Below are positions 27,820 to 37,736 of a DNA stretch of 48,306 nt, piece after piece. The position numbers and the translations under genes were made by a program. This DNA is from an uncultured Rikenellaceae bacterium (GTDB lineage Bacteria; Bacteroidota; Bacteroidia; Bacteroidales; Rikenellaceae), in assembly GCA_947176715.1 (NCBI GenBank), contig CAMWRR010000001.1, positions 1-48,306 on the forward strand, in the 5' to 3' direction. The notes under the pieces were generated by a model. It had not been told where the DNA came from, made no database searches, and saw only the letters and a list, made by a program, of their open reading frames with translations. The number at the start of each line of letters is the position of its first letter. Positions within the stretch are counted from its first letter, which is position 1.

Positions 27820-29127
27820 TTATTGTTGTTGTGCCTCGGCTATGGCTTGGCCGAGCAGGTTGCGCATACCCTCGGGCATGTCGCCGCCGTAACGGCGACG
27901 GAATATCTCGAGGGCCATCTCCATCGGGTTTATGCCTTGCAGATCGGGCGACACCTCAGGTTCGGCATCGTCTGCGCCCGTAGCCACGGCCTCTATGCGG
28001 GTCAGACGCACGCTACGTCCCGCCAAGGCCTCCTCTATGCGTCGTCGCAGGTCGGGCTCCGGCGCCGACACGCTCACCCTCATCTCCACGTACGGCGACC
28101 CAACGCCCACCTCACCCTCGGGAAGCGAGCGCAACGCCTCCGACAGCCCGTCTATGTCGTCGCCGTCGACCGTGACCCTCACGAGAGGGGCCGTCTGTTC
28201 CATCGGTATCAGCTCTATGCGGCGTGTGGCGTCGGAAAATATCGGTGTGCCCTCGGGTGCGGCATCCTCCCCGGCGTCACTGCCGGCATCGTGTTCCGGC
28301 CGTCTCTCTTGAAACCTCTCGCCCGCCTCGGCTATCTCCGCGTAGCACACGCTCTTGGCCGAGCCGCGTTCGGAGAACGACATGGGCAGTGGCGACCCGG
28401 CGAAACGGACATCGTCGCGCCCGGCCACACGCTGGGCCTTGTGCAGGTGTCCGAGGGCGGTGTATGCCGTGCGCGGCTCGAACATGTCGGAGGCGACGCA
28501 CTCTATGCCGCCCGTTATCGTGCGCTCGCCGCGGTCGTCTTCCGAGAGGGCCGCCCCCGACGTCTGCATGTGTCCCATGGCTATAATGGGGATAGTGCCG
28601 CTCGGGTCGAGGATGCGCACGTGGTCGTAAACCCCTTTGTAGAAGAGCGATATGCTCTCGTTGTAGGTGTCGGCCTCGGGGTAGTCGCCCGCCCGCAGGT
28701 AGGGGACGGCGAGACAGTAGGCGACCGTCTTGTCGTCACGCATCACCGGGACTACGTGGCGGCTGTAGTCGGGCGTTCCGTCGGCGAGCCGGCGTACGGT
28801 GCCCCGGGTTATCACGTCGATGCTCTCGAGTACGGGGTGCGGCGCCTCCAGACGGGCTCCGGAGTCGTGGTTGCCCGCTATGGCTATCACCCTCATGCCG
28901 GGGTTGTCGGACGTGACATCGCGCAGGAAGCCGTAATATAGCTTCATGGCCTCCGCCGACGGGTTGGAGGTGTCGAATATGTCACCGGATATCAGTAGTA
29001 GCTCCGCCCCGCGCTCGCTTATAATACGTCGCAGGGCACGCAGGAATATCTCGTGCTCTCGGGCGCGGTCGTAGCCGAAAAATGTCTGCCCCAAGTGCCA
29101 GTCGGCGGTATGGATGAGTTTTATCAT
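27820..29127 (-). CDS. sbcD: SbcD-family exonuclease nuclease subunit (Mre11-like)
   Basis: Phosphoesterase motifs IHTADWHLG, GDIFD, GNHD and MGH. The stop lies 4 nt before the sbcC start. I used the internal ATG at 29125-29127 (MIKLIHTADWH). Confidence 0.9.
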   Translation of the reverse strand: MIKLIHTADWHLGQTFFGYDRAREHEIFLRALRRIISERGAELLLISGDIFDTSNPSAEAMKLYYGFLRDVTSDNPGMRVIAIAGNHDSGARLEAPHPVLESIDVITRGTVRRLADGTPDYSRHVVPVMRDDKTVAYCLAVPYLRAGDYPEADTYNESISLFYKGVYDHVRILDPSGTIPIIAMGHMQTSGAALSEDDRGERTITGGIECVASDMFEPRTAYTALGHLHKAQRVAGRDDVRFAGSPLPMSFSERGSAKSVCYAEIAEAGERFQERRPEHDAGSDAGEDAAPEGTPIFSDATRRIELIPMEQTAPLVRVTVDGDDIDGLSEALRSLPEGEVGVGSPYVEMRVSVSAPEPDLRRRIEEALAGRSVRLTRIEAVATGADDAEPEVSPDLQGINPMEMALEIFRRRYGGDMPEGMRNLLGQAIAEAQQQ

Positions 29128-29235
29128 AATCGTATCTCGGTTTGGGGCTGCCCCCTTTTGTTTGTTCCGGGGCATAAGGCCCCTTTCGTCCGGCCCGCTC
29201 CTCCGGCGGGTGTCACGGCAACAAGGCAAGGCGCG

Positions 29236-30417
29236 TCAGATACACTCTTCCACCAGATAAGCCCTCTTATCGCACAGCACCATTGTGGCATCGCCGCCGT
29301 CCCTCACTCCGAGCCTTTTACGCACCTCCTCCACGCTCATGTTGAAGTCGCGCTTTATGATGGTGACACCGGCAATGCCGCGCTCTTTGAGTGTCTTTTT
29401 CAACAGTTTGGGCTTGAAGGGCAACGCCTCTGTTATCCTGTAGCTCCGAAGCGCCCGCCACTGCGACGGCTCCCCGCTCAGCACCACTCCCGTCGGCGAG
29501 GTGAGCGACACCCCCTCCATCCTCGCGGCCAGTGCCTGCACCGTGCGGCTGGCGACGAATGCTGCATCGGGAATCGACAGATAACGGCAGTCATCGGCAG
29601 CCTCCGGAAATACGATGTTTTTCGCCGCCTCTATCTCCTCTTTGGAGAAGTCGTAACGCTCGGTCTTCCCGTGCGATATGACCGTCACGTGTCGCGACGC
29701 ACCCTCTCCGTCAACGCCGGGTGTCAGCTCTATTACCACCTCCTTGCACTCGCCGTCCACCGACACCGTCTCGGTATCGACCCTGCCGTAACCGCCCAGA
29801 ATCCGCCCCGGCTCCTCCACGTCGAATAGCGGCGAGGCCTTGACGACGACTCTGTCGGCTATTTCCGCTATGCGTGGAGCCATGGCCGTGACGTCGGGAG
29901 AGCACTCCTGCAACAGGAACATGCGACGGGTAAGGTCGCGGCGTGCGGGGTCTATGTATATCAGGTCGAAATGTCCGGTGAGCGTATGTATATATTCGGC
30001 GCTGTCGGCGCATACCACCTCCACGTTGTCGCATCCGAGCAGGGCGAAGTTGTGGCGCGCTATGTCGGCGAGCAACGGGTCGCGCTCCACGGCCGTCACA
30101 TGCTCGAAACGGCGGCTCAGGGCGTAGGCGTCGCACCCGAGGCCGCATGTGAGGTCGAGCGCCATCCCTCCCCGGTAACGCCGCGAGAGCGCGGTGGCCT
30201 GACTGCTGCTCTGTTCGAAGCTCACCTCGGGTATTATGCACCGTCGGTCGTAGTAGTCGGGGAGCTTGGCGCGGCACCTGCCGAGTAGCTTCACCTGCGT
30301 GCATACGGCGGCGGGAACGCCTGCGAGCGCCATTCTGAGAGGGTCGTCGCCGATGTGTCGCTCTATTAGGGCGCGGGCCTCGTCGGTAAGCAGATATTCT
30401 AACTCCCCGCGTGTCAT
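29236..30417 (-). CDS. Class I SAM-dependent methyltransferase with C-terminal THUMP-like region (putative RNA methyltransferase)
   Basis: 393 aa from MTRGELEYL. The SAM motif ALDLTCGLGCDAYAL resembles TGS1/Methyltransf_15-type RNA methyltransferases. The 591 aa ORF-track version is an artefactual upstream extension that overlaps cca. Confidence 0.7.
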   Translation of the reverse strand: MTRGELEYLLTDEARALIERHIGDDPLRMALAGVPAAVCTQVKLLGRCRAKLPDYYDRRCIIPEVSFEQSSSQATALSRRYRGGMALDLTCGLGCDAYALSRRFEHVTAVERDPLLADIARHNFALLGCDNVEVVCADSAEYIHTLTGHFDLIYIDPARRDLTRRMFLLQECSPDVTAMAPRIAEIADRVVVKASPLFDVEEPGRILGGYGRVDTETVSVDGECKEVVIELTPGVDGEGASRHVTVISHGKTERYDFSKEEIEAAKNIVFPEAADDCRYLSIPDAAFVASRTVQALAARMEGVSLTSPTGVVLSGEPSQWRALRSYRITEALPFKPKLLKKTLKERGIAGVTIIKRDFNMSVEEVRKRLGVRDGGDATMVLCDKRAYLVEECI

Positions 30418-31823
30418 GCGAGCGGCTTTTTGTCGGGGATTATCTCGGCGGCCAGCTCGGTCATTAGGCGATAGGCCTCGTCGTAGTCGTTGGCTATCTT
30501 GCCGTCGAGTATGGCATCCTTTATGGCGTTCTTTATCTGACCTACGGCGGCGCACGGCTCTATTCCGTAGGTGCGCATTATCAGCTCGCCCGATATGGGG
30601 GGCTGGAAGTTGCGTATGCGGTCCTTCTCCTCTATCTGACGCATCTTGCTCTCCACGATGTCGAAGTTGCGCAGATAGCGGGCCACCTTGCGGTCGTCGC
30701 CGCTGGTTATGTCGGCGCGGCAGAGGGTCATCAGCGGCTCTATGTCGTCGCCGGCGTCGAAGAGCAGACGCCTCACCGCCGAGTCGGTCACCTCGTCCTC
30801 CACGAGGGCTATGGGGCGCAGGTGCAGGAGCACCATCTTCTCCACGAAACGCATCTTGTGGTCGAGCGGAAGCCTCCACGCCTTGAATATGCCTTTTACC
30901 ATGCGGGCGCCGACGAACTCGTGGTTGTGGAACGTCCACCCCACACGCTCGTCCCACGCCTTGGTGCGCGGCTTGGCTATGTCGTGCAGGAGCGCGGCCC
31001 ACCGCAGCCACTCGTCGTCGCTTACGGCCGCCACGTTGTCGAGCACCTTGAGTGTGTGCACGAAGTTGTCCTTATGGGCGCGTCCGCCCCGCTTCTCGAC
31101 CCCTTTGAGACGGTAGAGGTCGGGATATACCAGCTCTAACAGGCCTGTCTTGTCGAAGAGGAAGAACCCGCGCGAGGGGCGGGCCGACATTATTATCTTC
31201 TGTGTCTCGGCGGTGATGCGCTCGCGCGATATGATGGCTATGCGCTCGCGGTTGCGGCGTATGGACTCCACGCACTCGTCGGTGACGGTCATGCCGAGCT
31301 GGGTGGCGAACCTTATGGCACGCACCATGCGCAACGGGTCGTCGGAGAATGTGGTGTCGGGGTCTAACGGCGTGCGTATGATGCCCGCCTTGAGGTCGTC
31401 GAGCCCCCCGAACGGGTCGACCAGCTCGCCGAAATCATCCTCGTTGAGCGAGAATGCCATGGCGTTGATTGTGAAGTCGCGCCTGTTCTGGTCGTCCTCC
31501 AGTGTGCCGTCCTCCACCACGGGCTTGCGCGAATCGGCCCGGTACGACTCCTTGCGCGCCCCCACGAACTCTATCTCCAGCCCCTTGTGGCGCAACATGG
31601 CGGTGCCGAAATTCTTGAACGTCGACACCTTCACGTGCAGCTTCTCGCCCAGACGCTCGGCCACCTGCACGCCGCTGCCTGTCACCACCACGTCTATGTC
31701 GCAACAGGGACGGCCTAAGAAGTGGTCGCGCACGAACCCGCCTATGACGTAGGCCCGCGCACCGCACTCCGCCGCCGTACGGCCTATGAGGGCGAACAGG
31801 GGATTATCCAAAGGCGCGGCCAT
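30414..31823 (-). CDS. cca: CCA-adding tRNA nucleotidyltransferase / poly(A) polymerase family protein with HD domain
   Basis: 469 aa with the head-domain motif GGFVRDHFLGRPCCDIDVVV and the HD motif LLHDIAKP. Its TGA overlaps the ATG of the downstream methyltransferase (ATGA). Confidence 0.85.
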   Translation of the reverse strand: MAAPLDNPLFALIGRTAAECGARAYVIGGFVRDHFLGRPCCDIDVVVTGSGVQVAERLGEKLHVKVSTFKNFGTAMLRHKGLEIEFVGARKESYRADSRKPVVEDGTLEDDQNRRDFTINAMAFSLNEDDFGELVDPFGGLDDLKAGIIRTPLDPDTTFSDDPLRMVRAIRFATQLGMTVTDECVESIRRNRERIAIISRERITAETQKIIMSARPSRGFFLFDKTGLLELVYPDLYRLKGVEKRGGRAHKDNFVHTLKVLDNVAAVSDDEWLRWAALLHDIAKPRTKAWDERVGWTFHNHEFVGARMVKGIFKAWRLPLDHKMRFVEKMVLLHLRPIALVEDEVTDSAVRRLLFDAGDDIEPLMTLCRADITSGDDRKVARYLRNFDIVESKMRQIEEKDRIRNFQPPISGELIMRTYGIEPCAAVGQIKNAIKDAILDGKIANDYDEAYRLMTELAAEIIPDKKPLA

Positions 31824-32537
31824 CTATCGCAACTCCCTCAGATAAAGACGCACCGTGTTCTCCAGCCCCAAGTAGAGGGCATCGCAGATGAGGGCGTGGC
31901 CTATCGAAACCTCGGCGAGCCCTGCGATGTTGGATGCGAAGTAGCGCAGATTCTCCAAGCTCAGGTCGTGGCCGGCATTGACACCCAACCCCGCCTTTAC
32001 GGCTTCGGCGGCCGTGGCGGCGTAGGGGGCTATGGCGGCCTGCGGGTCTATGGCGTAGCCGCGGGCGTAACCCTCGGTGTACAGCTCTATGCGGTCGGTG
32101 CCGGTCTCGGCGGCGTACGGTACCATTGCCGGGTCGGGGTCGAGAAATATGGAGGTGCGTATCCCCTCGCTCTTGAAGGTGGAGACTATCTGTTTCAACA
32201 TCTGCCCGTTGGCGCGTGCGTCCCATCCCGCATCGGAGGTGATGGCGTCGGGGGCGTCCGGCACGAGGGTGACCTGTGCGGGATGCACCTCGCACACTAA
32301 GTCGATGAACTCGCGCGAGGGGTAGCCCTCTATGTTGAACTCCACCGAGAGTATGCGGCTGAGCTCGCGCACGTCGTCGTACCTGATGTGCCGGGCGTCG
32401 GGACGTGGGTGCACCGTGATGCCCTCCGCACCGAACCTCTCGCAGTCGAGGGCCGCTTTGGTCACCGACGGCATGTTCCCGCCGCGCGAATTGCGCAGGG
32501 TGGCTATCTTGTTGATGTTAACGCTTAATCTTGTCAT
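31824..32537 (-). CDS. pdxJ: Pyridoxine 5'-phosphate synthase
   Basis: [20 protein letters not shown] is the canonical PdxJ N-terminus. The ORF-track start is TTG and lies inside the -7 box, so I used the ATG at 32535-32537. The stop abuts the cca start. Confidence 0.92.
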   Translation of the reverse strand: MTRLSVNINKIATLRNSRGGNMPSVTKAALDCERFGAEGITVHPRPDARHIRYDDVRELSRILSVEFNIEGYPSREFIDLVCEVHPAQVTLVPDAPDAITSDAGWDARANGQMLKQIVSTFKSEGIRTSIFLDPDPAMVPYAAETGTDRIELYTEGYARGYAIDPQAAIAPYAATAAEAVKAGLGVNAGHDLSLENLRYFASNIAGLAEVSIGHALICDALYLGLENTVRLYLRELR

Positions 32538-32558
32538 TGCCGAAAGGTTTATTATCCG

Positions 32559-32566
32559 CAAATTTA
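32559..32566 (-). promoter_or_regulatory. Candidate -7 box (TAAATTTG) for the pdxJ-cca-methyltransferase-sbcDC string
   Basis: Minus-strand TAAATTTG lies 21 nt upstream of the pdxJ ATG. Confidence 0.5.
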
Positions 32567-32620
32567 ATCAAAAGACAATAAATGCGCCTCCGTTATAGTT
32601 TAAATAGATGAAAAATGTGC

Positions 32621-32628
32621 TAATTTTG
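32621..32628 (+). promoter_or_regulatory. Candidate -7 box (TAATTTTG) for nadK
   Basis: TAATTTTG lies 24 nt upstream of the ATG at 32653 and inside the longer ORF-track frame. This supports the internal start. Confidence 0.5.
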
Positions 32629-32652
32629 ACCCGAACAGACACCCTCGCATTT

Positions 32653-33510
32653 ATGAACATAGCGGTTTACACACGTTCGGAACGTTATCTGGACTGCCGT
32701 TTGCTCGCCGAATTGGAGTCGGCCGCGGACGAGTGCGGTTGCCGTCTCTTCTTCGGACGCGACTATGCCGACACCGTGGAGCGCTCCTCCTTCCCGCATC
32801 TGTACGACACCCTCTCGGCGCTTCCGGAGGATGTCGACTTCATAATATCGCTCGGCGGCGACGGTACGTTTCTCTCGTGCGTGGCGGGGTTGCGCGGCGC
32901 GGCGGTTCCTATCCTCGGTATCAACAGCGGACGGCTCGGTTTCCTCTCGTCGGTGGACGCCTCGTCGCTCAGGGAGGCGCTCGGACGCATGGTCTCGGGC
33001 GACTATATCATAGAGGACCACATGATGCTGGAGGTGGACGGACGCTTCGATAAGGAGGCCTGTTTCCCGCACGCTTTCAACGAGTTCACCATAAAAAGCG
33101 GCGTCGGTCTCATGACCGTGTCGCTCTCCATAGACGGGCTCGAGGTGGCCGACTACTCCGCCGACGGCCTGATAGTATCGACCCCTACCGGCTCCACGGC
33201 TTACAGCATGAGCGTGGGCGGTCCTATCGTGTCGCCGGAGTGCGAGGCGTTCATAATCAACCCGATAGCTCCGCATAACCTCACCATGCGCCCGCTGATA
33301 GTGGGGGCCTCGTCGGTGATGGAGCTGACGGTGACGGCCCGCGGCGAGGGTGCCACCGCCACGCTCGACAACAGGTCGTTCGCGGCGGGGTCGGGCGACA
33401 GCTTCACCCTCAGACGTTCGCCGCGCAAGGCCTCGGTGGTGAAGTTCCGCGACGGTTCGTTCTACTCCACGTTGAGGCGCAAGCTGATGTGGGGCACCAA
33501 TATAATATGA
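32653..33510 (+). CDS. nadK: NAD kinase
   Basis: Contains the GGDGT motif (SLGGDGTFL), NSGRLGFL and TPTGSTAYS motifs. Confidence 0.92.
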   Translation: MNIAVYTRSERYLDCRLLAELESAADECGCRLFFGRDYADTVERSSFPHLYDTLSALPEDVDFIISLGGDGTFLSCVAGLRGAAVPILGINSGRLGFLSSVDASSLREALGRMVSGDYIIEDHMMLEVDGRFDKEACFPHAFNEFTIKSGVGLMTVSLSIDGLEVADYSADGLIVSTPTGSTAYSMSVGGPIVSPECEAFIINPIAPHNLTMRPLIVGASSVMELTVTARGEGATATLDNRSFAAGSGDSFTLRRSPRKASVVKFRDGSFYSTLRRKLMWGTNII

Positions 33511-33572
33511 CCTGAGGAGACAGCCTCGCCGGCTATTTTAAACGCGCTATGCGGGGCTCTCGAATAAATTAT

Positions 33573-33580
33573 TATATTTG
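33573..33580 (+). promoter_or_regulatory. Candidate -7 box (TATATTTG) for uppS-bamA-skp-skp
   Basis: TATATTTG lies 40 nt upstream of the ATG at 33621. Confidence 0.5.
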
Positions 33581-33620
33581 CAATTTTAAAGCCGTATCGC
33601 ACGGCTCGAACATCAACTAT

Positions 33621-34325
33621 ATGGGAAACGGCATACGCCATGTGGCGGTCATAATGGACGGTAACGGTCGCTGGGCAACCTCGCGCGGACTGGAACGCAT
33701 AGAGGGGCACTATCGCGGAGTGGAGGCGGTGCGCAGTACCATCAACGCCGCGTTGGAGGCCGGAGTGGAGTACCTCACCCTGTATGCCTTCTCCAAAGAG
33801 AACTGGGGCCGCGAAAAGGACGAGGTGGATGGCCTTATGGAGCTATTCTGCAAGACCATATCGCTGGAGGTGCCGTCGTTGACGGAGAAGGGGGTTAAGG
33901 TCCGCTTCCTGTGCGACAGGGCGGGGCTCTCCCGGGAGGTGTTGGACTCGCTCGACTATTGCGAGAGCAAGACCGCGCATTGCGGGCGTATGACGCTTCT
34001 TGTGGCGCTCAATTACAGTGCCCGTGACGAGATAGTGTCCGCCGCCAGAGCGATAGCCTCCGAGGTGTCCGCCGGCGGGATGTCTCTCTCCGACATAGAC
34101 GGGAAGAGCTTTTCCGACCGCCTCTACACCGCATCGGTGCCCGACCCCGATCTCATAATCCGTACCAGCGGCGAACAGAGATTGAGCAACTTCCTGTTAT
34201 GGCAGGCGGCTTACAGCGAGTTCTACTTCTCGTCTGTGCTGTGGCCCGATTTCGACGAGGAGTGTTTCCGGGAGGCGTTGGCGGAGTTCGGCAGGCGTAA
34301 GAGACGGTTCGGTAAGACGGAGTAA
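33621..34325 (+). CDS. uppS: Isoprenyl transferase (undecaprenyl diphosphate synthase)
   Basis: Contains HVAVIMDGNGRWA and LTLYAFSKENW motifs. I used the internal ATG. Confidence 0.93.
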   Translation: MGNGIRHVAVIMDGNGRWATSRGLERIEGHYRGVEAVRSTINAALEAGVEYLTLYAFSKENWGREKDEVDGLMELFCKTISLEVPSLTEKGVKVRFLCDRAGLSREVLDSLDYCESKTAHCGRMTLLVALNYSARDEIVSAARAIASEVSAGGMSLSDIDGKSFSDRLYTASVPDPDLIIRTSGEQRLSNFLLWQAAYSEFYFSSVLWPDFDEECFREALAEFGRRKRRFGKTE

Positions 34326-34338
34326 AAAAACGTAATAG

Positions 34339-36876
34339 ATGAATAGAATAAAGGCACTCTTGGTTCTGATGCTCTCGGCGGTCTGTCTGTCGGGACACGG
34401 GCAGTTCAGAGATACGGTCGACACGGTTCTGCCGGCATTGGATTACCAGACTCCGCGTAAATACAACATAAAGGACATAAAGGTCACCGGCGTGCACTAC
34501 ATCAGCCCCGAGCTGATAATCAACGCCTGCGGGCTTCACCGCGGCGACAGTCTCTATCTCCCCGGCGACTATATCTCCAACGCCTTGCAGGTGTTGTGGA
34601 GCCATCGTTACTACTCCAACGTTCGTGCCATAGTGCAGATAGAGGGCGACGACATCTATCTGGAGATAGCGCTCAAGGAGCGTCCGAGGGTGTCGGTATG
34701 GAACATAGAGGGTGTCAAGAACGGCGAGAAGACCGAGATACTCAAACGTCTGAAGCTGAGGGAGCGTATAGAGCTTTCCGATTACGCGCTCAAGAACTCA
34801 ACCGACATAATCAGGCGTTATCTGGCCGAGAAGGGGTATCTGAATGCCGAAATTGCCATACGTCAGGAGAACGACTCGTTGCTCGATAACTTCGTCATAG
34901 TCACATTCGATGTCGACAAGAAAAACAAGGTCAAGATAGGCGAGGTGAGAATAGAGGGGGCCGAGAATATCCCTGAAAAGAGGCTTAAGGCGGCTATGAA
35001 GAAGACCCGCGAGAAGAGCCTCGTCAACCTCTTCAAGTCGGCCAAGTTCAACCGTAGCGAATACGAGGACAACTCCAAGCGGGAGCTTATCGACTACATG
35101 CAGGGGCGCGGTTATCGCGACGCTGTCATAACCTCCGACTCCATATACGACATAAACGACAAGCGCATAGGCATAAAGCTGAAGGTGGACGAGGGCAAGA
35201 AGTATTACTACCGCAACATATCGTGGGTGGGCAACACCAAATACACCAACGAGTATCTCGATATGCTTCTGGGCGTCAAGAAGGGCGACGTCTACGACAA
35301 GAAGAATATGGAGAGCCGTCTGGGTCTGGGCATAGACGGCAGCAAGGCCGTGATGAGCGGTGCCACCACGGTGTCGTCCATATATCAGAACGACGGTCAC
35401 CTCACATTCTCGTTGGAGCCGGTGGAGACGGTCGTAGCCGGCGACTCCATCGACATAGAGCTTCGCATGGTGGAGGGCAAGCAGTTCACTGTCAACGACG
35501 TGATAATATCAGGTAACAACCGTACCAACGACCGGGTGGTGCGTCGAGAGCTATATGTGCGTCCCGGCGAGCTCTACGACCAGTCGATGCTCATCAACAC
35601 CCTCAACGTGATAGGCTCGCTCAACCACTTCAACCCCGAGGCCATCGTGCCCGATATCATACCGGTCAGCGACGAGCTGGTCGACATACGTTTCGACCTC
35701 GAGGAGCAACACTCCGACGAGTTCGAGGTGTCCGGCGGTTGGGGCGGCGGCATGTTCGTGGCCTCGGTGGGTGTGTCGTTCAACAACGTGTCGATGCGCA
35801 AGTTCTTCGACCGTCACGCATGGCGTCCCTATCCCTCGGGCGACAACCAGCAGCTTCGCTTCAACGTGCAGAGCAACGGTGCCTACTATCAGGCCGTGTC
35901 GGTCAGCTTCGTGGAGCCGTGGCTCGGCGGCAAGAGGCCCAATCCGTTCTCGGTGTCGGTCTACTTCTCTTCCGAGTCGGACGCCACCTACTTCAACAAA
36001 CACAGCAGCAACCGTTTCCGCACCATAGGCGCCGCGGTGGGTTTGGGTAAGCGTCTGGCTTGGCCCGACCCCTACTTCCAGATAATGGGCGAGATATCGT
36101 ATCAGGCCTACAAGATGAAGAACTGGTCTTACTTCCTGTTCCGAAACGGTATAGCCAACACCATAGCCCTCTCGGGAACCTTGTCGCGTAACTCCACCGA
36201 CCAGGTGGTCTATCCGCGAAGAGGTTCCGAGGTGTCGCTGAGGCTGACCATGACCCCGCCATACTCGCTCTTCGACAAGAACAAGAAGGACTACTCCGAC
36301 TCCAACACCGACATGTCCGATCAGGAGCGTTACCGCTGGATAGAGTATTACAAGGTCAACGGTCTGGCCCGCTTCTTCGTGCCTATGTTGAACAACAACA
36401 AGCTCGTATTCATGGCTAAGGCCGAGTTCGGCTATCTGGGACACTACAACCCCAACAAGATCTCTCCGTTCGAGGGCTTCAGCATGGGTGGCGACGGTGT
36501 CACCGGCTACAACCTCTACGGTATAGAGTCGATAGGTTTGCGCGGTTACGACGAGAATGCGCTTACCCCCTACGCCCACAGCGGACAACAGGCGAGGGTG
36601 TATGCAAAATATACCGCCGAGTTGCGTTACCCCATAGTGTTGCAGCCCAGCTCTACCGTCTACGGTCTGATATTCGCCGAGGCCGGTAACGCGTTCGACA
36701 GATGGCGCGATTTCAACCCGTTCGACGTCAAGCGTTCGTTGGGTGTCGGCGTGAGGCTCAACCTGCCGATGCTCGGTATGTTCGGCGTGGAGTGGGGTTA
36801 CGGTTTCGACCGCGTTCCCTCTACCAACCAACGCGGCGGCTCGCAGATACACTTCTCGTTGGGACAGACATTCTGA
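34339..36876 (+). CDS. bamA: Outer membrane protein assembly factor BamA
   Basis: 845 aa with a signal peptide, POTRA-like repeats and a C-terminal beta-barrel ending in F. Conserved uppS-bamA-skp context. Confidence 0.92.
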   Translation: MNRIKALLVLMLSAVCLSGHGQFRDTVDTVLPALDYQTPRKYNIKDIKVTGVHYISPELIINACGLHRGDSLYLPGDYISNALQVLWSHRYYSNVRAIVQIEGDDIYLEIALKERPRVSVWNIEGVKNGEKTEILKRLKLRERIELSDYALKNSTDIIRRYLAEKGYLNAEIAIRQENDSLLDNFVIVTFDVDKKNKVKIGEVRIEGAENIPEKRLKAAMKKTREKSLVNLFKSAKFNRSEYEDNSKRELIDYMQGRGYRDAVITSDSIYDINDKRIGIKLKVDEGKKYYYRNISWVGNTKYTNEYLDMLLGVKKGDVYDKKNMESRLGLGIDGSKAVMSGATTVSSIYQNDGHLTFSLEPVETVVAGDSIDIELRMVEGKQFTVNDVIISGNNRTNDRVVRRELYVRPGELYDQSMLINTLNVIGSLNHFNPEAIVPDIIPVSDELVDIRFDLEEQHSDEFEVSGGWGGGMFVASVGVSFNNVSMRKFFDRHAWRPYPSGDNQQLRFNVQSNGAYYQAVSVSFVEPWLGGKRPNPFSVSVYFSSESDATYFNKHSSNRFRTIGAAVGLGKRLAWPDPYFQIMGEISYQAYKMKNWSYFLFRNGIANTIALSGTLSRNSTDQVVYPRRGSEVSLRLTMTPPYSLFDKNKKDYSDSNTDMSDQERYRWIEYYKVNGLARFFVPMLNNNKLVFMAKAEFGYLGHYNPNKISPFEGFSMGGDGVTGYNLYGIESIGLRGYDENALTPYAHSGQQARVYAKYTAELRYPIVLQPSSTVYGLIFAEAGNAFDRWRDFNPFDVKRSLGVGVRLNLPMLGMFGVEWGYGFDRVPSTNQRGGSQIHFSLGQTF

Positions 36877-37167
36877 TGCCATAGGGGCTGTTTTAAATCT
36901 CGAGGTATTGAAATGCCGACAAAACGGTCGGAGACAGGCTCTGACAAAAGTTCTTGCAGAGGTTGAAACAGCACTTTAAAATGTTTTCCGTATAAAAAAC
37001 GGTATTATTATTGCTTTTGTGGATAAGAATGTTTAAATTTGAAATATCGGAAGAGGTCCGGTATCCGACAGAAAGCCTTTGCGGCGGCCCTCTCATTGTC
37101 GTGTAGACATTGGGGGAGTGGCGCATACGGACGCTCGGATTCGGTCGCTTTCAAAAAAATGTCCGAC

Positions 37168-37680
37168 ATGAAAAAGATATTGTTTGCATTAATGATAACC
37201 TCGCTCCTCTCTGTGAGCGGTTATGCGCAGAAGTACGGATACGTCTATTCGGAGAAGATATTCAAGGCCATTCCCGAATACGAGCAGGCCTTGAAGAGCG
37301 TGGAGAGCTACGCCAAACAGGGGCAGGAGCATGTCAAATCGTTATACGAGGAGGCGCAGAAGACTTACGACGGCTTGCGCTCCGTGCAGTCGCGGCTGAC
37401 GCAGGATCAGTTCGAGGCGCTGGCCAAAGCGTCCGTCGAGAAAGAGCGCGAGGCCACCAAGTACAACGAGGAGTTTTTCGGCAAGGACGGTAAGCTGGCC
37501 AAGTACCAGCAGTCGCTCATGAAGCCGATAGAGGATCGTGTGGTTGCCGCCGTGGAGGCGGAGGCGTCCGAGAGCGGTTACGACATGATATTCGACCTGT
37601 CGGTGGTAAAGTTCACCGTATATCAGTCGCCGACGCTCGATCTTACCGAAAAGGTCATAGCGCGTCTGGGCATTGAATGA
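37168..37680 (+). CDS. skp: OmpH/Skp family periplasmic chaperone
   Basis: Signal peptide MKKILFALMITSLLSVSGYAQ followed by a coiled-coil-rich 170 aa protein. An alternative ATG at 37159 would add MSD. Confidence 0.85.
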   Translation: MKKILFALMITSLLSVSGYAQKYGYVYSEKIFKAIPEYEQALKSVESYAKQGQEHVKSLYEEAQKTYDGLRSVQSRLTQDQFEALAKASVEKEREATKYNEEFFGKDGKLAKYQQSLMKPIEDRVVAAVEAEASESGYDMIFDLSVVKFTVYQSPTLDLTEKVIARLGIE

Positions 37681-37736
37681 TGTCCTCCGATGTGTGGCTA
37701 TAAGTTACGGAATATCAATCAATCATCTAAATAGCA

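Noticed and set aside
26415-27983. 522 aa plus-strand ORF, plus several other ORFs between 25138 and 27819
   Set aside because: All are antisense or out of frame relative to sbcC, whose Walker A/B, signature and zinc-hook motifs are unambiguous. The products are low-complexity.
30418-31011. N-terminal 197 aa extension of the methyltransferase ORF (591 aa version)
   Set aside because: The extension overlaps the 3' part of cca in another frame and is R/G/P-rich nonsense. A clean ATG at 30415-30417 forms an ATGA overlap with the cca stop, and the recognisable sequence starts there.
35551-36882. 443 aa minus-strand ORF
   Set aside because: It is antisense to bamA and compositionally biased (V/G/H/E/R), with no motifs.
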